From NCBI RefSeq assembly GCF_964204645.1, contig NC_134026.1, forward strand, positions 21,238,150 to 21,302,149: a stretch of 64,000 nt of DNA. The letters run 5' to 3'. Shown here piece by piece: positions 36,535 to 49,700 of this stretch. The notes beneath the pieces were generated by a model. That model did not search any database, was not told the origin of the DNA, and saw nothing but the letters and a program-made list of their open reading frames with translations. Both the position numbers and the translations under genes were made by a program. Each line of letters starts with the position of its first letter. Positions within the stretch are counted from its first letter, which is position 1. This DNA is from Tubulanus polymorphus (lineage: Eukaryota; Animalia; Nemertea).

Positions 36535-38363
36535 ATGGCACCGAAGCGCCCATCGGAAGATTCTACTTCAGCTAGCGCTAGTGCGGCCAAGCGAGCGCGG
36601 CGACTCGTTCCGGCTGCTCCGTATCCCGGGGGACCGATGGAGATCGTTTTCTCGTTCGATACGACCGGTTCGATGAGTAGCTGCTTGAATTCGGTACGCG
36701 ACAATATCCAAGAAATGATCACCCGCCTGTTCACCGACATGCCCCAGCTGCGTATCGCCGTCATAGCTCACGGCGATTACGAAGACGCCCGATGCAAAAA
36801 TTGTTACGTGACGAAAATGCACGATTTTTCGTCGAGCGTCGACGATCTGTGCGAATTCGTGAAGACAGTCGGCAGCACTTGCGGATTCGATTCCGACGAA
36901 TGTTACGAACTGGTATTGAAAGAAGTGACAGAAATGTCGTGGAGTCCCGGATCTCAGCGATCGTTAGTGACGATCGGAGACGCAAATCCTCACGAATTGA
37001 GATACTTTGATACGTGCAAAGTAACGCCGAAACCACAAGCGATCGATTGGCGTGAACAAACCGATATTCTTCGTGATATGGTAAGCAGAAAACTGAAGAA
37101 AAATAACAATCATTGAAATTTCAATAATTCATCAATATTCACATCTCAATACTGCAGTTTCTGCATCTATTATATCTATTTGTTCATTCAGGGAGTTCAT
37201 ATCTACGGCGTCGAATGTCAAGCGGGCTCTACTCCGAAAACATTCTACACCGAAATTGCCAAGCGTACCGACGGCACATACATCAAATTGAATAATTTCT
37301 CCAACGTATACGATATGCTTATGGCCATTTGTTACCGCGAAAACGGCCCCGACATGTTATCGGTAAGTGTGTCTTCTAAAAGATCTCCTTTGGTAAAACT
37401 TAATATCTAAAAACTTAATGTACTATTTTTGTCCTCGACAATAAACATCCAATTCAATCTCGAAATCTTTGATAATTCCAGGCTTATGAACACGAAGTCA
37501 GAGGTCGAGGTACGATTCATCCAGAAATGGATAGAATGTTTTCTGCATTGAGGACGAAATCTGCGACAACAGCGGATGCATCGGCTGCTGCTCCTGAAAC
37601 TACGGCCATAACCAAAAAGAAAACAAAAACATCTGCTGTCGTAAAGGCGAAAAAAGCGAGTGCCGCTAAGAAACTAAAAGCAATCATCCCTAAGCAGAAG
37701 GTAATTTTGAAGACTATTCTTTTTTGTTGTTTTTTTCATGTTAAAATTTTGGATAAATATTATAAAAAAGGTATATATACTAAAATGACGTATTTCAAAT
37801 ATTTACAGAATTTGGCTCGTCCATTAAGTAGTCGTCAAATTGTGTCTTACAACAAGTTCATCAGCAGGGACGAAAAAGAGAAATTGCCAAATGGTGTTTG
37901 CTGGTCTAAATGGAAGAAGTGTATGTCACCATCTTCCGATGACTGTATAACTCGACCACGACCAGACGGAGTTGGCTGGAAACTTCCCGTTCTATTCGGC
38001 CGTTTGAGGAGACCGCAATTTTGTGTCTACGAATTTGCCGTTCGTTTGCCCGTATCTTCCACACTATACGTTACCTATATCTCCGCTGTTCTGCAAAAAG
38101 GTTCTATGCCGAACTGGGAAAATGTTCTGTTCCGCGCGCAACATCTCAGAGACCAGATCACCGACGTTCTCGGCCAAGGCTGTGATATCTTCGTCAGACG
38201 AGCGATTATGCGAAACTCATTGAAACCCGTGGCTGAATTACGCAAAATGCGCGATATTTTCGCATCGGTGAATGATTACGCGTGGTGTAAGATCGCGTGT
38301 GGACGCAGATTGCATAAAACAGTTATCAGACGCGGTTTCGTCATTTCAGACAGCCTTATCTAA
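36535..38363 (+). CDS. vWA (MIDAS) domain protein with K/A-rich linker and C-terminal ET-type GIY-YIG-like domain (~496 aa, 4 coding exons)
   Basis: Exons 36535-37080, 37192-37362, 37482-37700, 37809-38363 (all phase 0, GT-AG). vWA motifs IVFSFDTTGSM, IAVIAHGDY, GFDSDECYELVL, LVTIGDANPH. C-terminal WSKW..VYEFAV..YVTY..G.DIFVRRA..DYAW. N-terminal PKRP-x11-KRARR is a bipartite-NLS-like motif. Confidence 0.85.
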
Positions 38364-39989
38364 ATCTCATTCGAACTTTAATTCAAAAAGACATTTAACT
38401 ACGTGCATGCTTCAGACGAATAATAGTTACTGTATTGTATATAAAAACTGTAAATATAAAACAACAATCTCCAAATGTATTCGTACTCAAACGATATCTG
38501 GTTTCTAAGATGAATTAATATGGTCACCTTTTTGAAACTAGGTCCTAATACTTTTGGGACTGAACTATTTTACATCAACCTATTATGGTAATTTGTTTAT
38601 TGTTTTTCGTTGAAAATAACGTTATGTCTTTATAGTATATTTAAGGTCTTCTTTTTCGATTGGTGATGTGAGACGTTTCTCCAACGAGTTGACAAATCCG
38701 ATTAATAAGTTCTGGAATGCTATGAGACTTGTTGTTGTTCAGTTGATGAAACATAAACTCTGCCGCGTATGGAGAAACTTGAGTTGAGCATTTCATTTAT
38801 TTTCATGACGAGAATATCGTTCAATGAACCAACCTTACAACCATGAGGAATCAAGTCCATTATAGCAATAGATAGTTCCAGCAGAGACCAATCACATCGG
38901 ACTGGTATTTCTTTTTGAATCGAATAAAGGATTCAAATCACCACAAAATCTCTGTTATGAAAATATAATTTCTCGTTATAATGGGCTGGAATCACAATCA
39001 TCCTACAAGACATTTAGCCTACTAGCAAAATATGAACACGAAAATATTCATAGTTTTAAAGATATCAAGCTTTTATAATATTCCACAGTTCCTTTCACCC
39101 AGTCCTTAGTGTGATTGTTTCCAGTGATCTCCGTAGCTCTACGATCCTTGTGTTGTAGTAGGCTGGTTGAATTTCGGATTTTCCTAATTCGTGCTGGATT
39201 CTCTACATAAAATTATTATCGTTACAACACAGGCCTATCAGTGTAGATTTGTTTTGGACATTTCGTTATAGTCAACGGGAATCGATCAGGGCCACATCTG
39301 TGCATCAAATTTTCAAGATTTCTCTGGGGAGGGCCACCAGATCACGGCCGTGTTCAGTTGAGTTCATCCGACGAACTACGGAGGCCCACGCTATATAATA
39401 CGCCGGTCAGTGGTTGAGCGTCAGCGGAAATTCAACTTCTCATGATTTTTGAAAATGGCACTCTTCCGAAAAGGGAAGGGACCCCTGAACCATCCTCTGG
39501 ATCTGCCACTGATCAACCGCGCCGGCGCTTTGTATTGTAGAATCGCGAATCCCTGTGTGTAGCACACACTGGAATGCGAGTGTCGGAGCAGTGCAACTTT
39601 ACGTTTATCCCCTATAGGTGGAGAAACTTGACGATGCTTGTCAAATTAGCTGTCAGAATGTTTATGAATCTGGGTACATGTACAATGTATCCGCAACTAA
39701 GTAAGTCGGAATGGATTTTGTCATGAGGATAAACAGATAAAGAGGAATAGAAAGGCCAGTGTGACTACTATCATACAAAAAGGTAAAGTATGGGTGTGTA
39801 GATAGAGAAGCCTCTACAGCTGTGTCTTGACTGTTTAACTGCCACTTTATGTTAACACCATACGTAGTCTGAATACCAGTCGTTGTTACGGTTCGTTGTT
39901 TCAGGAACAACGGCTAGGTACTAGACTACACCGTACGGTGTGAGTGTTGGTTTTTCACGATCCGATATTTTCATAAACCCATCATCCGA

Positions 39990-41726
39990 TAAACCATTTT
40001 ACAGTTGCTAGCCGCCATTTTGTTAGGGTACTTTTGTCCTGTATTGTTGGGTCGTTTTTTTCTCTTTTTAAAAACTATCCATGATGTGTGTTGTATCATA
40101 TTTCATCTGTCCATGGATGGATTTTGACAGTTTCAGCAACATTCAAACCGCATAAATCTCTAGTTTTCAGTTATGTAAGAATCATTTTTCAAATTTGCAA
40201 CAATGCGACTTGAGAGCGATATAAAAATTGGCGGTCAGTTTTTTCCGTTCGCATAGAAATCAAGGGTACTGAACTTTGAAGTTCGTTATTTTCAGAAATA
40301 ATTTTCTAAAAAATCCAAGCATTTCAAGAACTGTGCGCATAAATGCCCTCTTTCAGGTGAACTTTGAAATGTTAAGATATCTTGCCTAGTTTTTTCCCTA
40401 TGGCACTTTACCTGCAGCGCATGTATTGTCATTCCGAGATTCGGCGCTGTTTTCTTTGCGTGTATTTCAGTATATGGATGTTATTTTTTTCATTTTTACT
40501 ACACTTGTCTCTACGGAAAATGGTTTTAATTGTTGGTACGAGTATCAGGTTTAAATATTACGGCATTAATACTGTATTCCGTTCTCCGGCGCTAGTTCGT
40601 AATGGCTGTATTGGTAGCCGCTTTTACAGCAGGCAGAGGCTTACGTACATGCACCCAAGAAAACCCAAAATATCACTCTTTTGTTGTAAATGCAATCCAC
40701 ACACTTCTTGCGTTTTTGTGATGGTAGATTTCACGTTTTACTTTTAATCGCCTGTGTCTGACATTAGGACTTGATACTTGATATTTCACCACCAAAGCAA
40801 GAAAATGTTTTCTTACATTTTCTTCCCGAGCTAATCAATCTTGTGTGTACTTAATAGAAAGTATTCATAGAAAGTAGCTGAATATTTGCCCCACCCCATT
40901 TGTCCAGCTTTTTGACCACTTCTCCATCCATCTAATTTCAGTAGATTTTTACTGATTTAAATGGTCATCATACTCGATTTTGAGTGTTATATTTCTTTTC
41001 TTCTTCCATCTCAATATAGGCCTATATATTCTCTTCCCGCGCGCAACTTCAAATACGTGATCAAAATGCCGCTCAGTCTCGCTGCTAAAACTGGTAAAAA
41101 AAATCCCTTAAACTCCAACATCTCAAATGTCTTCGATCTATTATTGCATAAATGACGTAATATTAAAACCTGATACTCGTACCAACAATTAAAACCATTT
41201 TCCGTAGAAACAAGTGTAGTAAAAATGAAAAATAACACCCATATACTGAAATACACGCAAAGAAAACAGCGCCGAATCTCGGAATGACAATACACGCGCT
41301 GCAGTTAAAGAGCCATAGGGAAAAAACTAGGCAAGATATCTTAAAATTTCAAAGTTCACCTGAAAGGAGGCATTTATGTGCACAGTTCTTGAAATGTTTG
41401 GATTTTTTAGAAAATTATTTCTGAAAATAACGAACTTCAAAGTTCAGTACCCTTGATTTCTATGCGCACGGAAAAAACTGACCGCCAATTTTTATATCGC
41501 TCTCATGTCGCATTGTTGCAAATTGAAAAAATGATTTTTACGTAACTGAAAACTAGAGATTTATGCGGTTTGAATGTTGCTGAAACTGTCAAAATCCATC
41601 CATGGACAGATGAAATATGATACAACACACATCACGGATAGTTTTTAAAAAAGAGAAAAAATGACCCAACAATACGGGACAAAAGTGCCCTAACAAAATG
41701 GCGGCTAGCAACTGTAAAATGGTTTA
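39990..41726. mobile_element. 1.74-kb non-autonomous DNA transposon with ~575-bp TIRs
   Basis: 39990-~40568 (TAAACCATTTTACAGTTGCTAGCCGCCATTTTG...) is the near-perfect reverse complement of ~41148-41726. Outer TA may be the TSD. The ~580-bp core has no transposase. Confidence 0.9.
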
Positions 41727-43400
41727 TTATAAGAGCTAAGCCTAACACCAACAATTACTTTAACCAAGTAGAGTCGGGTGTGACGACTGCAGTTGATCAG
41801 GAAATTGTTTGGAAGTGGATAATTTGCCGATATGCGGCATTATTTTAGGAGTAAACCGCTGACATCTAATTTTACATACCTATAATTTTAGGTCTATATA
41901 TAGGACTAATATCAAATAAGATATACTAAAATACTTAAAATGACAATAAAATTATCTTATTACGTATAGGGCCGGTAAGGGTTCCGATAGCTTTAGGTTA
42001 CAGTTAAAAGTTACCACCAGATGATGGATATTAAACTGACTTAGGCCCTATTCTCGACGCATGAGATCGAAGAATAATGATGGTGCAAATGATGATATTT
42101 AGAGTCCACATTCAAGATCCATACAGATCCTTTTAAGTCTTTCCCATATATAAGGAATTTTCAAAAAGGTTCCAGAGGTTTTAGAGGTATGATCAGAGAT
42201 AGAGGTTTAGGGGGCTTAGCTGGAAGCTTGGAACTAATTATAATCATGTGTGTAATTATAGGATTAGCATAGTACTAATTAGTGTACGGAATCTTTTCCA
42301 CCAAGTAAAAATCTGTCAAACTTCGAGATTGGTACTCTTAAACTACGATTGCTCTAGGCCTACTAGTTGAGCTACCAGGTTGACTGGCAAATTCTTACTG
42401 TACTCTTATGCCTAATTTGTTCTAAGCTTCCTTGGCGCAGAGAGGAGTTAGAATCAGAGATTGAGTTTTGGGGGCTCTTGTCTTAGGTTTGGGGTCCATT
42501 TTACAGTTAGGGATAGGGTTAGGGCAAGCTTGAGTCCTATAGTTGAAACTTTTAGACTGATTTATCTAGCTACGGTGTCTGGGGGAAAGACGCTACGCTA
42601 GCAATATGCCGGCCCAGGTTTGAATACTGCTCTGTCCTTTCTGTTTTCTCTAACTCTGTTCTCTACACTTTCCTTGAAAAGTCACACACCTCAGTGCGCA
42701 TGGGCGGTTTGAATTAGCCAATCAGCAAATAGCGTTAACAGGAATAATAAATCTGATTTGGCCCGTTCCAGGTCCATTTAGGATGGTCTAACTGGTGATA
42801 GGTGAATGCGGCTATAATTCATGCGTAACACCCATGTGAATTGATGAGGAACTGATACCATCAGCTATCCCAGCAAAAAATCCAATGTTTGAAATTATAT
42901 TCATGTTTTAAATGTGGAGTGCATCAACATCCAATTGATGGATTTTTCATAAAAGCGTGCTGGTTCAGAAGTCCAACTTATCCAGACAAACTACAATGCG
43001 AAAAACCAATGATGTAGGAATTGATCGAGAACTGATCTAGATAATTTAATAATGATCAGTGATTTAATTATGATTACCGCTTGATTACGCTTTATCAATC
43101 CATTTTGATAATTATCCTAGTGATAGTGTTGCTATCAACACGTCAAAGGTGTGTTACCTAACTTAATCATTTGGGATAGGCCCTATAGTTGATTTTATCC
43201 CAGCGATAGATAATTTTATCACCGGAAAAGCGATTTGTCACCGCTTTGAAAAACGTGGGCCGATCCTGGAATCATGGAAGAGTCTGCCAACCATTGGTAT
43301 TGATGGACTCAATTGTTGTAACAGCTTGTCGCATTTGGACGTCCAGATTTTGCTGGTGCAATAGAGTGTTGGAGTTCGTCTTCCTTGGGCTTCATTTTAA

Positions 43401-43650
43401 AGCTACGATCTGACGGAGACGATTTGGCACGGGCCCAATTGGCATGGATCGGGTCCGATCAAATTTGGCCCATGCCAAATATGAGAGCACGTTACCCGTG
43501 CTAGAATTTGGCTCGGGCCTGCTCCGACATATCTGGTTGGGCCAAATTTGGCCCGAACCATATCGGCACTGGGCCCATTTGCCACCCGTGTGAACAGTGG
43601 TTCTGGGCCTGATTTAGCACCGGCTAAAAATGCTCATGTGATCTGGGCTC
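43401..43650. mobile_element. Degenerate PIF/Harbinger-like MITE just upstream of HECTD2
   Basis: Shares GATTTGGCACGGGCCCAATTGGCATGGATC and CCAAATTTGG repeats with copies at 53440-53744 and ~57040-57268. Confidence 0.6.
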
Positions 43651-43799
43651 GAACCTTATCTTTATTCAATGTAACATCTTCTTTTTCAGCTGTTTGGATA
43701 ATACATCTTATTATTGGAGAAAAGCATCAGAATGATCTAGCCAAAAATGGCTTGAACTTCACCGTTGCGTGGATAGACCGATGATATCGTTGGATCTAT

Positions 43800-46700
43800 A
43801 TGATGGTAATGGCCTCTAATTCGGCAGCGCAGGCTACTTCAATCACCTGTAAAATATGTGATATTAACGTGACGCTATCACCGGGCGCGAGACGCACGAT
43901 CTGTCCGAATTGCGGCAATTACTACAGCGACGTAGCCGGGCCGCCCCGCGCGATCCCGACCACCGAACGAAATGGCCATAAAAGCAGCAAAAAGAAAGAT
44001 AGCCAGCTGCCGAAACTATCGAAGAATGTAAGTAAGATACACCAATATGAAAGGAAAACATTTATGTTTCATGTTTTCAAACAATCGTTTTCTGGCATCT
44101 GTCCGTTGAAGCTGTCGTCCTCGTCGATACCGTTCAAGAAGGAGAGGGAGAAACGCAACGTGTGTTCGTTGCAGGCATAACAGTGTTACCATGCCGGCAT
44201 AGAGTAACGCTTGATTGATCCATTAAACGCGTTGGTTGCTCTCTATTAATTATTCAACCATCTATATCATAACTGACTCGTTAATAGTCGAGATGAAAAT
44301 CAAGTTACAACTAGTATATAAAACTGGCCCCAGATACTTAAAGTTAGTTACCGGGTAGTAAGTTTAAAACCCACTATAATTGGAAATCTAAAATCAAGAT
44401 CAAAAGACTCTCTGGGTTCATTAGCAGTCCTTTGAGTCTCTTAAAATCTACTGATCATTAGAATGCCTGGAAAATGTAGATTCCATGAATCCTGTTGATG
44501 AATATATGTAGGCCCATAAGTCTTGGAATAGGAGTCAAAAAAGTCCTTGAAATTGATTAAATGAGATTGTTCATGGACACTGAGAACCCTGGACTCTCTC
44601 TAGAGACCATTGTCTGGAAGTTAGGTTTACGGGCACTGGGCCCAGTATTAATTGTTCTATCAACTGTTTATTTTCTTGGCACGATGTTATGAATTGGAAA
44701 CCATGGAAATAGCTTGAAACCTCTGAACAAATCGGTGCCCTGGAGAAAAGCAGCACAGTTGAGAGCATAGTTTTATAAATCGAGACATGGCGTGAAAACA
44801 CTGGATTCAGTTTCAACGATTTAAAACGGTTTGACTAACCCTTATCATTCCATGTTCAACAATAGGCCTAGTCGAATCCAGCTGTGGTCAGTTCAATTTT
44901 CCCATATTTGACTTTAAAAGTTGAATTGACATCGACCCCCATGTTATTTCTACTAACCAGATGCCTGTATCCATTTAAGTCACCGTATAGAATAGACGGC
45001 ATCCTAGTTTATTATTCGTTGTCAAAATTTGATAAGGCCACATTTGAAAGGTGAAATTACTAGTATTTCCATTTATATTGGGATCTTTGCATGTTATGTT
45101 ACCACATTCGATCGCAAAGTTGTAGCTTATAACATGTTCTATGATGGTGGCGAGTTTCTAATAAGTCATCGGTTTTAGTATATGTTCACCAGGGAGTGTT
45201 GAATTTTGAATTTTATGGATTGTCGAGCATTTTAAAAGTTGGTAACCCTAATGTGTTAGTTTGATCATTCGTCAGAGTTAGATTTAGAACGTTTTTGATG
45301 AAAAACTGATGATTTAGCCGAATATTTCATTTTCATTCCTAGAAATGTACCATTAGAATCTGCAGAATGCTCTTTAAAATGTTTTCTAATTCTTCATTAT
45401 GCTAGGAGCGATGGTTTTTCGTGCAGTTTCAGTTAGCAACTAAATAAGGTGTTTTGTCTCTATGCACAGCCGGGATCCTTAACGATCATTGTTCATGTAT
45501 AGCCGGGTTACAGCGATACTATCGACCATCGACCGGCTCGAGGCGCCCTATGTATCTCCCCAAAATGTGGCTATTACTATATTCTCGTTGAAAACATGCT
45601 GATGATAGCAACGAATTCATGAGTCTCTTCAAAAATAATTGAGAATCACTCGAAAACGTCTAGTCACTTGTAGCACCACTTTTGTAACGAGTTCAATTTC
45701 AATAACGATCAACAAAACTGTTAAATTATCGCGTTTTCACTGCTGGTTGTGATATACGCGAATTCGTATCATCTATATTTCATTTAATGTTTCGACGATA
45801 ATGGGGATAATGGAACAAATTTTCGAACGAATTTTTGATTCGTCAACGTCGAAACACGAACCTACGATTCGTAAGGGAGATCGTAATTCATCGACTATTG
45901 TTTTCTGTGGTGCTAGGATACCGCAAACGAATGCCATTATCATCTGACACTTACCCGATTCAAGTGGCCCAAGATAGACAGCCGGATGTAGTTTAAGACG
46001 CTAAATTCTAAATGCGGTTCAGTTCGGTGGGGTAATTTTTTATGATATACACTAAATTCGAAATGCAGTTTAGTTGTCATTTTTGTGATATACGCTAAAT
46101 TCTAAATACATTTTAGTTCGGTGAGGTCACATTTGTGATATACACTAAATTCGAAATGCAGTTTAGTTCGGTGAGGTCATTTTTGTGATATACGCTAAAT
46201 TCTAAATGCATTTTAGTTTGGTGAGGTCATTTTTGTGATATACACTAAATTCTTAATGCAGTTTAGTTCGGTGAGGTCATTTTTGTGATATACGCTAAAT
46301 TCTAAATACATTTTAGTTCGGTGAGGTAATTTTTGTGATATACACTAAATTCGAAATGCAGTTTAGTTCGGTGGGGTCATTTTTGTGATATACGCTAAAT
46401 TCTAAATACATTTTAGTTCGGTGAGGTCATTTTTGTGATATACACTAAATTCTAAATGCAGTTTAGTTCGGTGAGGTCATTTTTGTGATATACGCTAAAT
46501 TCTAAATACATTTTAGTTCGGTAAGGTAATTTTTGTGATATACACTAAATTCGAAATGCAGTTTAGTTCGGTGGGGTCATTTTTGTGATATACGCTAAAT
46601 TCTAAATACATTTTAGTTCGGTGAGGTCATTTTTGTGATATACACTAAATTCTAAATGCAGTTTAGTTCGGTGAGGTAATTTTTGTGATATACACTAAAT

Positions 46701-49700
46701 TCGAAATGCAGTTTAGTTCGGTGAGGTCATTTTTGTGATATACGCTAAATTCTAAATACATTTAAGTTCGGCGAGGTAATTTTTGTGATATACACTAAAT
46801 TCGAAATGCAGTTTAGTTCGGTGGGGTCATTTTTGTGATATACGCTAAATTCTAAATGCAGTTTAGTTCAGTGAGGTCATTTTTGTGATATACGCTTAAT
46901 TCTAAATACATTTTAGTTCGGTGAGGTCATTTTTGTGATATACACTAAATTCGAAATGCAGTTTAGTTCGGTGAGGTCATTTTTGTGATATACGCTAAAT
47001 TCTAAATACATTTTAGTTCGGCGAGGTAATTTTTGTGATATACACTAAATTCGAAATGCAGTTTAGTTCGGTGGGGTCATTTTTGTGATATACGCTAAAT
47101 TCTAAATACATTTTAGTTCGGTGAGGTCATTTTTGTGATATACACTAAATTCTAAATACATTTTAGTTCGGTGAGGTAATTTTTGTGATATACACTAAAT
47201 TCGAAATGCAGTTTAGTTCGGTGGGGTCATTTTTGTGATATACGCTAAATTCTAAATACATTTTAGTTCGGTGAGGTCATTTTTGTGATATACACTAAAT
47301 TCTAAATGCAGTTTAGTTCGGTGAGGTCATTTTTGTGATATACACTAAATTCTAAATGCAGTTTAGTTCGGTGAGGTCATTTTTGTGATATACGCTAAAT
47401 TCTAAATACATTTTAGTTCGGTGGGGTCATTTTTGTGATATACACTAAATTCTAAATGCAGTTTAGTTCGGTGAGGTCATTTTTGTGATATACGCTAAAT
47501 TCTAAATGCAGTTTAGTTCGGTGGGGTCATTTTTGTGATATACGCTAAATTCTAAATGCAGTTTAGTTCGGTGGGGTCATTTTTGTGATATACGCTAAAT
47601 TCTAAATACATTTTAGTTCGGTGAGGTCATTTTTGTGATATACACTAAATTCTAAATGCAGTTTAGTTCGGTGAGGTCATTTTTGTGATATACGCTAAAT
47701 TCTAAATACATTTTAGTTCGGTGAGGTAATTTTTGTGATATACACTAAATTCGAAATGCAGTTTAGTTCGGTGAGGTCATTTTTGTGATATACGCTAAAT
47801 TCTAAATACATTTTAGTTCGGCGAGGTAATTTTTGTGATATACACTAAATTCGAAATGCAGTTTAGTTCGGTGGGGTCATTTTTGTGATATACGCTAAAT
47901 TCTAAATACATTTTAGTTCGGTGAGGTCATTTTTGTGATATACACTAAATTCTAAATGCAGTTTAGTTCGGTGAGGTAATTTTTGTGATATACACTAAAT
48001 TCGAAATGCAGTTTAGTTCGGTGAGGTCATTTTTGTGATATACGCTAAATTCTAAATACATTTTAGTTCGGCGAGGTAATTTTTGTGATATACACTAAAT
48101 TCGAAATGCAGTTTAGTTCGGTGGGGTCATTTTTGTGATATACGCTAAATTCTAAATGCAGTTTAGTTCGGTGAGGTCATTTTTGTGATATACGCTAAAT
48201 TCTAAATACATTTTAGTTCGGTGAGGTCATTTTTGTGATATACACTAAATTCTAAATGCAGTTTAGTTCGGTGAGGTCATTTTTGTGATATACGCTAAAT
48301 TCTAAATACATTTTAGTTCGGCGAGGTAATTTTTGTGATATACACTAAATTCGAAATGCAGTTTAGTTCGGTGGGGTCATTTTTGTGATATACGCTAAAT
48401 TCTAAATACATTTTAGTTCGGTGAGGTCATTTTTGTGATATACACTAAATTCTAAATACATTTTAGTTCGGTGAGGTAATTTTTGTGATATACACTAAAT
48501 TCGAAATGCAGTTTAGTTCGGTGGGGTCATTTTTGTGATATACGCTAAATTCTAAATACATTTTAGTTCGGTGAGGTCATTTTTGTGATATACACTAAAT
48601 TCTAAATGCAGTTTAGTTCGGTGAGGTCATTTTTGTGATATACACTAAATTCTAAATGCAGTTTAGTTCGGTGAGGTCATTTTTGTGATATACGCTAAAT
48701 TCTAAATACATTTTAGTTCGGTGAGGTCATTTTTGTGATATACACTAAATTCTAAATGCAGTTTAGTTCGGTGAGGTCATTTTTGTGATATACGCTAAAT
48801 TCTAAATGCAGTTTAGTTCGGTGGGGTCATTTTTGTGATATACGCTAAATTCTAAATGCAGTTTAGTTCGGTGGGGTCATTTTTGTTATATATAGGCCCT
48901 ACATGACAGAATGAGAATTTCAGCTGTAATCTATAAAACGGCGACTAGAGACAAATATTTCTTTACCTTGAGGAAGCCACATTTTAAAGGCTATGTCATG
49001 AATGACGAGGGTCTTCCCTTGAATTTTCATGGATGGCCCCTCAATTATTTCTCAAAGACGTGGTAGATATTTAGGATAGATGTCCCCGCTGGTACTACCG
49101 CTGATTACTAAAGGAATATCTCCATAATAGTGGCGTTCAGTACTAAGTGTTAAATTGAATTGAATTATTCAAGGCCACCTATTTGTGGCTTATTCAGTAC
49201 CGTACTGACATACCGGGCTTATTAAGCACCGAAAACTCGATCTAGGTCAGTATTTGTAGCTGGCCATGTATTTTCTGCAATGTAGATACAGATTCAGTGC
49301 TTAGCAAGCCACAAGCCACATATATTGTAGTTAGCTACATAAAACGGGGGGATGAATGTCGTTTATTCACACACATGGCAGTTTTTATTCATTTTTGACT
49401 CCTCATTTTTAATGTAAGAAGTCACTAAAAAGAATGACGATATATATTTCAACGTTTTTCACTCACATTAGCTACATTAATAGTTGTAACACCGAATTGA
49501 CCGTTCAAACTACCATCCAAAAGACAGGAGTGTAGGTTAAGAATGGATTTAAGATATATACAAGAAAACGATGTTAGCATAGAAATGCCATCTTGAAATT
49601 TCGCTCAATATCAGCGTCACTTCAGCGGGCTAACTAAGTGCCTTATCACGTGTGAACGCAACTCGCTCTGTAAACGTATTCTGGCAATTCATAACCCCAG

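Noticed and set aside
40382-41295. Two near-identical ORFs (MYCHSEIRRCF...) on opposite strands
   Set aside because: They are the two TIR arms of the 1.74-kb element and have no recognisable domain.
41880-42540. Possible decayed Penelope-like retroelement fragment (minus strand FLKIPYIWERLKRI)
   Set aside because: One short motif among many stops; needs a tBLASTx/HMM search.
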